DNA of 64,000 nt. Source: Prorocentrum cordatum (lineage: Eukaryota). Where the stretch lies: NCBI GenBank assembly GCA_963575745.1, contig CAUYUJ010000226.1:62001-126000 (forward strand), read 5' to 3'. The stretch's first letter is position 1. Each line of letters opens with the position of its first letter. Shown here piece by piece: positions 1 to 11,049 of this stretch. The notes under the pieces were generated by a model. The model saw only the letters and a list, made by a program, of their open reading frames with translations, did no database searches and was not told the origin of the DNA. A program made the position numbers and the translations under genes.

Positions 1-845
1 ATTGTGAAAACCGTGCGGCCAGTGCCGCCCACCCACAACGACGATGACCACAATGATCATTACCACGACCGCGGCGACAACGACAATGATGACCACGACG
101 AGACGACAAACATTTGATGTACAGTTATCTTCGCCCGTGCTTCGGGTTGGGTGGGCGTCGCAGCCCTCTCCACCCCCTTTCGTGGCAGCCTCGACAAGCG
201 AGGTGGCTAAGAAGGCATGCCCCCCCCCGGGAAGTAGGAGGAAAAGGAGGAAACCGGACGAGGAGGAGGAATATGATGGTGATGGTGATGGCATGCTCAT
301 CGAAGCGGTGACTGAAGGAAGCAGAAGCCAGAGACAACAAATGAACAAGAAAACCCAACATGTGAATTCAAGTGGCCCGAGCTCGGTCCCGGCCGCCCAG
401 CGCGAGGAGCAGCTGATGAGGAGGAGGAGGAATACGAGGGGGAGGAGAGGGAGGAGGAGGAGGAGGAGGGGAATAAGGAGGAGGAGGATGAAGATGAGCA
501 GGAGGGAAAGGAGGAGGAAGAGGAGGAGGAAAAGGAGGATGAGGACGATGATGAGGGGGAGGAAGAGGAAGAGGAAAAGGAGGCGGAGGAGAAGGAGGAG
601 GAAGAGAGGAGAGGAGGAGGAGGAGGAGGAAGGGAGGGAGGGGGGGAGGAGGAGGAGGAGGTGGAGGTGGAGGTGGAGGAGGTGGTGGAGGAGAAGGAGG
701 AGGAAGAGGGGAATGAGGAGGAGGAGGAGGGGGAGGAGAGAGGAGGAGGACGAGGAAGAAAACGACGAGGATGACGAGGACGAGGAGGGGGGCGAGGACG
801 AGGAAGAGGTGGAGGACGAGGGAGAGGAGGAGGAGGCTCTCAGAG

Positions 846-919
846 GCGGCGCGATCCTGATGGTGGTCCTGGACAGCACGGTGTCGCAGGCCTTCGACGC
901 GGAGACCGACAGCAACTGG
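846..919 (+). CDS. Exon A of EamA/DMT (WAT1-like) transporter; upstream exons lie outside the window
   Basis: Encodes (G)GAILMVVLDSTVSQAFDAETDSNW with high GC3; AG acceptor (start 846, alternative 844), GT donor at 920; joins exon B in frame. Confidence 0.7.
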
Positions 920-2203
920 GTGCCGCCGCCGCCGCCGCCGCCTTGCAAGCCGCCGCCAGTCTCTGCCACCCGCCCCCCACTGCCCACCTCCCTCCTCGCT
1001 CCGTTCCTCCTTTTGGCAGGCCCAGGGCCGAGATACGCAGGAGTCTTGGGGCCCTTCCTCCGGCCCCCAGGGGAAGGACAGAGCCCAAGAGTGAGGCCCT
1101 CGGGGGCCTCTTGGGGGACCCTCTGGGGGCCTCCTTGAGGGCCTTTTAGGAGTCGTCGGGCCTCCCGGGGGGGGTTCTTGGGCGCCCGCTGGCGGTCTAG
1201 GGGGTCCCCTCGGGGCGGAGGGCTTGCCGACCTCCCTCTTCGCCCCGTCCCCCCTTCGGGCAAGCCCACGGCCGAGATGTGACACCAACCTGCATCTTGA
1301 GGATACGCGACTTCCCAAGGCTGCCCCTGCATCCTTCACCTTCGGCCCGTCCTTGGCCTCTTTCGCTGGCCGCGCCCCGCACGCCAAGTGCCGGCATGGC
1401 CTTCCGAGGCACTTGCGTGCTTATCGTGCGTCCTTATTCGACGGGTTGACTGTAGGGGAGGGCCAGTTGAGGCAGCGGTAGCTTGCTTTTGGGGGGAGCC
1501 CTCGTCGTCCCGGCTGGACGCAGCTCGGACACACGGCACGGTCGGACCGAGGGAAAAAGATCGAGGGGTACCCTGACGCTCTTCGTACTTGTTGGGTTCT
1601 TTTGTGCATCCTGGGGGAGGGTACCGTCCCTCGAATGCTCGTCAGGTTGGCCGCTGGAGGCCCTCGTGCTCTTGAAGGCTGTCCTTCTGCCCTAGATCCG
1701 GCCGTGCAGCGGGACCCCGAAGGGGGTCCGAGGATCGATTCTTGTTGACCTCCGCCGAGGGAGGAAGCCCAGGCCCCGTCGCGCCGCCGCGGCGAACATC
1801 GTGGTGCTCTTGCTTGTGTAGATCCTGCCCTCGGCCTCCCAGGGGGGGGGCCCTGCGTGGGCGCCGGGGCCGTTCAACATCATCATCCTCCTCCTACTCC
1901 TCCTCCTCCTCCTCCTCCTCCTCCTCCTCCTCCTCCTCCTCCGCCCTCCTCCTCCCTCCTCCTCCTCCTCCTCTTCCTCCTCCTCCTCCTCCTCCTCCTC
2001 CTCCTCCCCCTCCTCCTCCTCCTCCTCCTCCTCCTCCTCCTCATCATCATCATCATCATCATCATCATCCGCCGCCGCTCGCTCGGGGCGTAAGGAACGG
2101 GGGTCGGCCAGGCCGCGGGATGTTGCAGGATCCTGCAGAGCCAGGGGTGCAGCGACCCGGGTGAGCGTGCAGGATCTTGTAGGACCTTGCAGGATCTGGC
2201 AAA

Positions 2204-2365
2204 TCAGGAGGGAAAAAAAACACAGACACTATTAATCCTCGATTCCCAGGAAAATATAGGAAAATATGGGAATTGGGGGAGAAGACAAAAACCCAGAAAA
2301 TATGGGAAAATATGGGGACTAATTTTATTTGTGTGTATTTATTTGTGTGTCCTAATTTCCCTTTA
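2204..2365 (+). mobile_element. Family A ~160-bp non-autonomous element
   Basis: TCAGGAGGG...AAAATATGGG...CCCTTTA; TSD GCAAA. Confidence 0.8.
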
Positions 2366-3042
2366 GCAAAGCCCGACTGACCCGGGCTGGCATTGACCCG
2401 GGAGAGAAGCCGGTGCAGGCGAGTGGGTGGAGACTTCCGAGGGTCGACGTTGCGACAAAGTCATGACGTCGGGGTCCGTCGGACGGGGCAGGGGCGAGGA
2501 TAAATCCGCTCCAGAGCGTTCCTGGACGCTCTCGGAGCGTTTCGGAGCGCTCTGAGGATGCCGCGGCGCCCCGCTCCCGAGACATCCTTCAGAGCCGCAA
2601 GATCTCTCAGAGGCTCTCGATCGTGAAATTAAGTCTTGCGGCCGGTGCCGCCGACCCAGAGGGACGACGACGACGACCACGACGACGACGACCACGACGA
2701 CGACCACACCGACGACCCCGACGACAACGAGCTGGCGAGCTGGCTTCGTCTTGGGGGGGGGGGGGCCTCGCAGGCCTCCTCCCCCCGCCCCCTTCGTGGC
2801 AGCTTCTAGGGGCGAGGTGGCGAAGAGGGCACGCGCCCCCCCTTCCCCCCCCGGGAGGAGGAGGAGCAGGAGGAGGAGGAGGAGGAGGAGGAGGACGAGG
2901 ACGAGGAGGCGGAGGAGGAGGAGGAGGAGGAGGAGGACGGAGATGTATCCTCGCCCGCTCTTGTCCTCGTCCTGGCTTCGTCTCAGGGTCGAGGCCTCCG
3001 CGGGCCGACGCTGCACCGGGCTCACGAAGCGTGGGCGTCTTG

Positions 3043-3203
3043 TCAGGAGGGGGAAAAACACAGACACAATTAATCGTCGATCCCCCAGAAAATATGGGAA
3101 AGTATGGGAAGTGGGGGGGAAGACAAAAACCCAGAAAATATGGGAATCTATGGGGATTATTTTTATGTGTGTGTATTTATGTGTGTGTCCTGGGGCCCCT
3201 TCA
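3043..3203 (+). mobile_element. Family A element
   Basis: TCAGGAGG...GGGCCCCTTCA; TSD TCTTG. Confidence 0.85.
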
Positions 3204-6200
3204 TCTTGGCCCGTCGCCCTCCTCTGCTCCGCCCCTCCGCCCCCCGCCACGCAGGGGGCAGCCCCCGGGCGCTTCCCGGGGCCCTCCACGGGCTCTGGGA
3301 CCGTCCAAGAGTCGGGGGCGGCAGGGAGGGGGGGGGGGGTGATAGGGGGGGGGGATCTCATGGCGTGGGCCAGGATGTTTCCGCAGTTCCACATGGCGCC
3401 TCGTCTTGTTTCATTACGTCCCTGGCCCCCCCCTGGGCCGCGCACGTGCCGCCGGCCATGATTTGCGCCCCCCCCCCCCCCCCCTCTTTGACGCCCCCCT
3501 CTTGGCCGCCCCCGAAACAGGCACGGACCGGTCGCAGAACGCGAGTATCAGCGGCGATTCGAGGTCACAAAGAAGAGTGCTGCATCGTGCAAAGAGCTCC
3601 ACCAGAGCCGCGGGCACGAGCTTCCAAAGGGAGACGGAGGAGGAGGAGGAAGAGGAGGAGGAGGAGGGAGGAGGAGAGGAGGAGGAGGAGGAGGAGGAGG
3701 AGGACATGAAGATCGTGTCCATGGCTCCAGTCGAATGTTCTACTCTCGAAGAGTTCCTGCCGACTTCTTCGAGCCCGAGCGATCGGGGAAGGCCCCGGGG
3801 CCCGACGAAACCACGGGACATCGGCCGCTGGGAAATGAAAATGCAACGCCACGATCTCAGGGGTTGTGGGGCCCCCGATCCGCGTCTTCCTCCTCCTCGT
3901 CCTCCTCCTCCTCGTCCTTCCCCCCAGGTCCTGCGGGCAGCGGTTCCTGAACCCCAAAGCCTTCCCTCGGGACCACCTCTGCATCCGGAGCCGTTCCCCA
4001 GAAGAGTCCCGGGACCTATGGAGGGCGCTGGGGAGCCCACATCGGCGAAAAACTTTGGGACCCTTCTCTTGCTCAGAGCCCGCTTCCTTCGTGGCGAGGG
4101 AAAGTGGTTGGCGGCGAGCGAGGGGGGGAAATGAGAAGGGGCGGGCCTTCTCAGAAGGCTCAGAACTGTCCTGACCTTCTGACAAGTTTTCTAAGCCCTA
4201 GCCGAAGACACAGAAAACCTCTCAGAAGGCCAGAGACCTTTTCAGAAGCCCCCCCGCCATCTGAGAGGGCCTTCTCCTTCTCACTTGCCCCCCCTCGACC
4301 GCAACCCAGGAGGGGCGGAGTGAGGGGGGAGATCACAGTGGGGGGCCGAGCGAGGGAAGGTCTGGGCCCGTGGCCCCCAGCAGTTTCGACCCATGCGCCG
4401 AGACAGGTCCTTCATCCTGCCTGGGTGCCAGTCGGACGGGAGCAGAGGGCACAGAGACACGAAGTAGGAAGGCGCCGGCAGGGCCGCGGCAACTGCGCCC
4501 GCTGTGCGGCGGGCCCAGCGGCGGGCCCGCGCGGCGCCGGCAACATGGGCAGCGCCGCGCGGCGCGCGCCGCGGGGCGGCCAAGCTTAGGGGGGTTAACG
4601 ATCTGGGCCAGGTGGGCTCCGCCCACTTAGCCGAGTTATCGACCCATCCTAAGCTACTTAGGGCACTTGTAACCCACTTATAAGCCAGGTTGGGCCAGAT
4701 ATAACCCACCTTGGCATCCACTTGTAACCCCCCTATCCACTTAGGAACCCCCACGGCCATCCCAGTAGTGGGGAGGGGGCGGTGTCCTGCCGGGGGCCAT
4801 GCTACGTGTTTCAGCACGTCGTTTCGTCTTGCCAGACGTCCCCAGGCATTCGTATCTCAGCACGTTGCCCTTCAGGGTCGTGCTTCAGTGCGTCCCGCGA
4901 TGTCGTGGCGCCTCTGCGTGTTTCCATGAGTCCCGTGGGCTACCCCGAGGGCCGCGCACATGCTGCGGGGTCGGTTCGGGGAATGTGCCCCCATGTTCTT
5001 CGTGCTTGCTGGTGTTCTTGTGCATCCTGGGGGAGGGAGGGTACCTTCGAGCGATCTTATGGGTTGGGGTGTTTTTGGCCAGCGGACGGTCCTATGCTCT
5101 TGAGGGACGTGCTTCTGTCCTAGGTCCGACCGTCTGGCGGGCTTTCGCCATTGTCGGCCTCTGGGGGCCCTTCGTAGGCTCCCTGGACGGTCAGAGCGCC
5201 TTGAGCAGGCCCAAGACGGCGCTCGCGCGCAGGCTGCCCGCGCGAGGCCACGCCTATAGGCGGCCTCTCTGCCGCGCGCGCGCGTGGTCGGCGCCGCCCC
5301 AACACCCCAGTCTTAGATGTGCGTTGCCCCCCTGGGGGCGACGCGCGCACCGAGAACTCTCATAGTATGTGCGCCGTGGCGGGCGCTTTCTGGCCACGCC
5401 GCTCGGGCAACGATCTGCCACAGGATGGGTATACTATACCTTCGGGTCGGACTGTTGCCTCCAAGGAGGACGTACGGTGGGGGCGCGCATCAAGAAACCA
5501 TACGCTTTTCGTCAGGGTATCCCGGGTTTCTTCGCTCCGCGCGCTGCGCGGTGACTTCCCGCGGCCGTTGAGGAAGCTGCTGCGTTCAGGGTGCTCCCGG
5601 TTTCCCCTCAGGCGCGCCCCGCGCGCGGGTCTTCAGGGTTGGGTTCCTTGCGAGGGTTGCTTGCGGCCGCGCCCGCACTGTACGGTATTTGCATGTCTCG
5701 GTGCGTCCCCCGGCGCGCCTCCGCGGGAAGCCGCCCCGGCGTCATCCGCGGCACGTCCCTCGAAGGCACGCGCGGCGGCCTCTGCGGGAAGCCGCCGCGC
5801 GGCATCTGCGGGAAGCCGCCCCGGCGGCATCTGCGGCGTGCCTCCGCGGGAAGCCGCCCCGGCGTCCTCCGCGGCACGTCCCTCGAGGGCGCGCGCGGCG
5901 GCCTCTGCCTCCGGCCCCCCCCGGGGCGCCCGCGGGCCGCGGCCTCGGCCCCGCGCGGCCCTCGGGGAGGGTGCCCCTCGGTCGCTGAGAGCAGGTGTTG
6001 CGGGATCCTCCTCCTCCATTCCTCCTCCATTCCTTCTCCTCCTCCCCCTCCATTCCTCCTCCATTCCTCCTCCTCCTCCCCTCCTCCTCCCCTCCTCCTC
6101 CTCCTCCTCCTCTCCTCCTCCTGTCGTCTCCTTTTCCCCCTCCTCCTCCTCCTCCTCCTCCTCCTCCTCCTCCTCCTCCTTGTCCTCCTCCTCCTCCTCC

Positions 6201-6660
6201 TCCTCCTCCTCCTCCCTCCCTCCTCCTCCCCCCTCCCCCTCCTCCTCCTCCTCCTCCTCCACCTCCCCCCTTCCTCCTCCTCCTCCTCCTCCTCCTCCTC
6301 CTCCTCCGCCTTCTCCTCTTCTTCTTCTCCCTCCTCCTCCTCAGCCTCCTCCTCCTCCTCCTCCTCCCAGATTCTGGCCTAGTGCGCAGCATGTCTTGAC
6401 CTGAACGCTGTTTGGCCGGACGTCGGCTGTGTTCTGTTGTTCGTTTCGGCAGGGAGGTACACGAAAACAGGTAGAGCAACATGAAAACCATAACGAAAAC
6501 GAAACGAAAAGCAACGTTTGGGTCCAGCCCTGGTGTACAATGAGGCTGGATGCACGTGACGACCCCGGCAGATGCGTCCCCGACAGATGAACGACCTAGG
6601 TCCAGAACCTGTGTCCTTCAGCACACCACTTTGTTCACCTCCTCCTTTCGCCCCCTTCAG

Positions 6661-6705
6661 GTGGCGAAGTTCGCAAGCCACGTGGTATTCTGCTTGGGCA
6701 TCTTG
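6661..6705 (+). CDS. Exon B of EamA/DMT transporter
   Basis: Pyrimidine tract + CAG acceptor; VAKFASHVVFCLGIL; GA donor at 6706; supplies the helix preceding GTSAYF. Confidence 0.65.
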
Positions 6706-6903
6706 GAGGGGGAGGGGGGTCGGCATGGGAACAAGGGACTATTAGAGGCGGGCCAGGGTGTCGCCTGCAAGATGAGGAGTGCAGCTCAGCATGAGGAAGA
6801 GAGGTAGGACGACGACGTCGACGTCGACTACGACTGTGTCGCTGGTCTCTGTTGTTGACGACGTCGACGTCGGTGAGAACGTCGATGTCCTGATGATGAA
6901 CGG

Positions 6904-6964
<61 letters not shown>

Positions 6965-7281
6965 CATGATGAGGACGAAGTGGAGGACGAAGTGGAGGAT
7001 GAGGAGGTTGACGGCGGCGTAGATGGCTTTGATATAATCGCGATTGCCCTGATGCCCGAAGGAAGGCCGCAATTGTGCGAGCGCTGCAGAGCCTACCAAC
7101 CCCGGGCTTGCACCACCAGCGCGAGGAGGCCAATGCCTCCTGAAACTCCTCGCCCAGCTCCGACAGGGCGCCGATGCCCGGTGCCTGCCAGGCAGTGAGC
7201 GACCCGCAGCGCGAGGCAGACCGGCTAATTGCAGGAGGCCTGCGCCATTCCGCTGACCCCCCGATGAGGACGGGCATGTGC

Positions 7282-7560
7282 TGATGGGCCTGTTTTCCAC
7301 CACTACCAGCATGAGTTGGAGGGGAAGGGGGTCCTCCTCCTCCCCCTCCTCCTCCCCCTCCTCCTCCTCCTCCTCCCCCTCCTCCTCCTCCTCTTCTTCC
7401 TCCTCCTCCTCCTCCTCCTCCTCCTCCTCCTCGTCCCCCTCCCTCTCCTCTCCTCCTCCTCCTCCTCCTCCTCCTCCTCCTCCTCCTCCTGCTCCTCCTC
7501 CTCCTTCTCCCCCTCCCCCCCTCCAACTTGTGGTGGTGGTGGTGGAATACAGGCCCATCA
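7282..7560. mobile_element. Family B MITE (~44-bp TIR, CCT core)
   Basis: TGATGGGCCTGTTTTCCACC...GGTGGAATACAGGCCCATCA; TSD TGTGC. Confidence 0.9.
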
Positions 7561-8489
7561 TGTGCGGCTTCCGATGTCGCTCATGTTGTCTGCCGCGTCC
7601 CGTCGTGCCTGCCTTCTGGGGGGGCAACTTTGGTGGCCTCGGGGGGCCCCCCCCCCGGAGCCTTCTTCGGGGCCCCTGGCGTGGGCGCTGTGGGGGGGCC
7701 CTCCGAGGGCGTCTTTGGCGGCCTCTTGTGGGCAGCTTGGGGGCATGCTGGGCTCAAGTCGGGCCTGCCCCTCTGCACGAGGAATATTCAAAAGTAGTCC
7801 AAAAGTAGCCTGGGGACGATTTCTTGTGTATTTTTGATGGCCATGTTGTATCTGTGTTGCATTTTGGTGTATTTTTTTTCTCACTAGTTTGTATGCGCTT
7901 CGTCCAGAATCCCCCTGCAGGCGGACAGGCGCGACTGAATGCTGGGCGTCTTCGGGGCCATGCGCGGGGGCAGGGCCCCCCGGGGGCCGCCTGCCACCTG
8001 AGCGCTCGAGGACGCGCGCGGGCCGACGCGGTGCATCCTCGAACGCGCAGGCCAGCGTTTGCGTTTCAGCTGCGGCCGCATGTCCTTTTGCCCTGCATGT
8101 ACAATTCGAGCAACTTCGCCATCGCCTCGAACGACCAACTGCGAGCTCCTCCCTGCGGGGGGCCTCTCCGGCCTCCTGGGCAGCCTCTGGGGCCCGCTCT
8201 CCGGGGGCCCCCTCCGGGCCAGGCTGGGAGGCCTCTCGGGCCGCCCGTGGGGGCTCAGGGCACCGCGGTGGCGACCGCCATCGAGGACGCCCACGGCGAA
8301 ATGCCGCCGCCTCCTGCCTTGTGGAGTCGCCGATGCGGCCGAGCGTTGTGGCAAGCGCTCCGCCACGCTATCGGACCACGCGTTCCCCCAGCCGTTGTGG
8401 AAGCCCGTCGGGCAACACTTTGGGGAGAGGGCGGGGAAGATCAGGAGGAGGAGGGGGGGAGCAGGCGCAGCAGGAGGAGGAGGAGGAGG

Positions 8490-8999
8490 CTTCTTGGGAG
8501 CCTCGGGCTCTCTTGGGGTCTCCTGGGAGCTTCCTGGGAGCCTCGGGCATTTTGGGGCCTCCTTGGCCCGTCTGACGCCGTCGGGAGCCGTCTTGAGGGC
8601 CTCTCTTGGCCAACTTGGGGCCCTCTCGAGGTGCTCAAGGCCCTCTTGGAGGCCATTATGGGCGGAGGCCGGTTGTCTTGGCCCGTGTTGGGGCCATCCT
8701 GGAGTCCTTTTGGGCGATCTTGGGGCGATTTTTTGGGGCTCTTGGGCCGTCTCGGGCCGTTGGAAGGCCGACAGGAAGCACATGCCAAATTCCTATAACA
8801 ACGAAAGGAAATGCAACGATTTTAGTCTCTTAGGCCGTCTTGGGCTATCTTGGAGCCATCTTGGGCCGTCTTGGTGGGCTCCTGGCATGTCTGACGCCGT
8901 TGGGAGCCTCCTTGGGTGCCTCTCTGGGCCGACTTGGGGCTCTCTTGGGGTGCTGCAGGGCCTTCTTAGATGCCACTTTGGGCGTCTTGGAGGCCTCTT
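8490..8999. repeat. Degenerate GGCCTCTT/GGCCGTCTT satellite, resuming at 16085-16340
   Basis: Repeated 10-11-mers either side of the Copia insertion. Confidence 0.75.
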
Positions 9000-9157
9000 T
9001 GCTGGGAAGTTTGTAGTTTTACATATATATGTGATTATAGAGAATATAATCAGACTGTCCTGGAGGATCCAGGAAATCCTGCAGCCCTTTGTTGCTCGAG
9101 GAAAAGAGCGACCCTCACCTCCCCCCTTTCTCCGCGAGGGGGGTGGGTGCGCGTGCA
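9000..9157 (+). repeat. 5' LTR (158 bp)
   Basis: TGCTGGGAAG...GCGCGTGCA, identical by eye to 15927-16084. Confidence 0.97.
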
Positions 9158-9169
9158 TGGTAGCGGAGC
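9158..9169 (+). promoter_or_regulatory. Primer binding site, probably initiator tRNA-Met
   Basis: TGGTAGCGGAGC directly after the LTR; resembles the TGGTAGCAGAG/TGGTATCAGAGC iMet-type PBS. Confidence 0.8.
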
Positions 9170-9177
9170 TCGCTTGA

Positions 9178-11049
9178 GGTTCGCGGGCCGCTCCGCACCC
9201 CAGCGAGCTCCAGGAGCCCCTCGAGAGGGCCCAGCGGCGCGACGCCGCGGGTCCGGCAGCCAGCGGGACGATCCACGCGGCTGCCGAACGAAGTACCCCT
9301 TGCTGGTCAGAGCTGCGGTCAGACCCGCGCTCTGACAGCGGAGGCCAGCCAGCCAACAAGGGCAAGGGCAAGGCCACGCTGAAGGCCAAGAAGCCGAATA
9401 AGCGAGGAGGCAGAGCGGCGGACACGCGTGAGCACCGCCAGCTCCGAGGGACCGCCTTTAGGAAGCTTGCGGCGTGCGGCAGCAAGGCGAAGCTCACTCA
9501 GGAGGAGCGAGCAGCAGTGAAGAGGCAGCTGGCGAGCGACATCGAGAGGCTGGAGAAGCGTGTCGTTGACGTGCTCGACGCCGACCAAGATGGAGCAGCA
9601 GCTGCAGCAACTGGTCGATCAAGTTCAGAGACTGACGACGGAGAGTCAGAACATGAGGCAGGAGCTTCAGAACAGGGACGTGCAGATCGCAGAGATGAGA
9701 GGACAACTGCAGGGTCAGCAGCAGGCTCAGCAGCAGGCTCAGCAGCAGCGGGTAGCCCCGCGCGGCGAGATGATGGATCCGAAGATCCTTCACAAGGTGA
9801 AGCCGTTCGACGGCCAAAGGTCAAGCTGGAAGACGTTCAGCTTCCAGTACAGAGCGTACCTGATCGCCCAGGATCGGAGGTACCGAGATCTTCTGGAAAG
9901 GTGCGAGGACGGAGCCCAGGAGGTGGACAACGTCAACCTGGACCCGCAGGAGGAAGAACTCAGCACGCAGTTGTACTACGGCCTGGTCCTGGCCATGCCC
10001 GAGGACTCGGTGGGCGAGCTGATCGTGAGGAACAGCCCAGTAGGAGAAGGAGCCGAGTGTTGGAGGAAGCTTCAGAAGGAGTACAACCCGAGCGAGGCAG
10101 GCAACGTACTGGCGATGTGGACCAAGCTCACGGACACGAAGTTCGACGCCAAGGAAGACGTGATGGTGAGCATCAGCAAGCTGGACGAGGACATGGCGAG
10201 GTACCAGAAGATGGCAGGAGAGCCCGTCTCGGACCTGATCAAGCGCGGCATCCTCACAAAGGCGCTGAAGGATCACGACGAGCTCCAGAAGCACGTGTTT
10301 CGGAACAGCAGTCGGTTAAGTACGTACGAGCTTCTGAGAGCCGAGGTGGTGTCGGCGTTGGCGGCAGAGCGAGCGGTCCAGGACGACCCGATGGAGATCG
10401 GAGCGCTGAAGGGCGGAAAGAGACCGTGGAAAGGCCGCGGCAAAGGGAAAGACGGCAAAGGCAAGGAGAAGCCACCGAATCCCGACGCCGAGATCGAGTG
10501 CCACTACTGCCACAAGAAGGGTCACCGCAGCGCAAACTGCCGAAAGCGGATCGCCGACGAGAAGAAGACACCCGAGAAGGACAAGAAGGACAAGAAGCAG
10601 TTCCGAAAAGAGAAGGCAAAAGAAAAGAAGAAGATCGGGGCAGCGGCAGTCAGGGAGCTCGAAAGGTTACGACAGACAGGAGTGGGCACAGGATCAAGCT
10701 CGACAGCACCGACACAACAGATGCTAGGAAGTCAGGGAAGCGCCGACAGCGCGATGACTCAGCAGGTGCTGCGCCCAGTCAACTGTGCGCTGCGAGCGAA
10801 GATGATTCTGGCCCTGAGGGCAGAGGTCACAAGAAGCGCAGCCACACGATCGACTGGAAGTACTGCTTGCCTAGCTACTACCAATATGTATGCTGCTCTT
10901 GCAAGAAGACCTTTGAAGGATGGCGATGGCACTACGATCAGTGGAAGTTGGACTACTGTGCCGTGTGTGCCGAGTACTGCCTGGACGGCCTCAAGGACGG
11001 GGAAGAGCCAGACGACGACAAGAAGCCAAAGAAGCGCAAGAAAGGCTAG
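9178..11049 (+). CDS. Putative overlapping -1 frame ORF across leader and gag, ending in ZZ-like Cys motif and basic tail
   Basis: 623 stop-free codons with no internal ATG; protein-like ends (KLTQEERAAVKRQLASDIERLEKRVVDVL; CCSCKKTFEGWRWHYDQWKLDYCAVC...KKPKKRKKG). Confidence 0.5.
   Translation, partial: GSRAAPHPSELQEPLERAQRRDAAGPAASGTIHAAAERSTPCWSELRSDPRSDSGGQPANKGKGKATLKAKKPNKRGGRAADTREHRQLRGTAFRKLAACGSKAKLTQEERAAVKRQLASDIERLEKRVVDVLDADQDGAAAAATGRSSSETDDGESEHEAGASEQGRADRRDERTTAGSAAGSAAGSAAAGSPARRDDGSEDPSQGEAVRRPKVKLEDVQLPVQSVPDRPGSEVPRSSGKVRGRSPGGGQRQPGPAGGRTQHAVVLRPGPGHARGLGGRADREEQPSRRRSRVLEEASEGVQPERGRQRTGDVDQAHGHEVRRQGRRDGEHQQAGRGHGEVPEDGRRARLGPDQARHPHKGAEGSRRAPEARVSEQQSVKYVRASESRGGVGVGGRASGPGRPDGDRSAEGRKETVERPRQRERRQRQGEATESRRRDRVPLLPQEGSPQRKLPKADRRREEDTREGQEGQEAVPKREGKRKEEDRGSGSQGARKVTTDRSGHRIKLDSTDTTDARKSGKRRQRDDSAGAAPSQLCAASEDDSGPEGRGHKKRSHTIDWKYCLPSYYQYVCCSCKKTFEGWRWHYDQWKLDYCAVCAEYCLDGLKDGEEPDDDKKPKKRKKG

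Noticed and set aside
44..7837. Long poly-R/E/P/S/L/G ORFs (also 29650-33207, 39709-40840, 53257-58109)
   Set aside because: Translations of (GAG/CCT)n tracts that lack stops in several frames; no domain signal.
9560..9589. GTG start of the 2051-aa ORF in the track
   Set aside because: The ATG at 9590 begins the coiled-coil Gag N-terminus and is the more plausible eukaryotic start.
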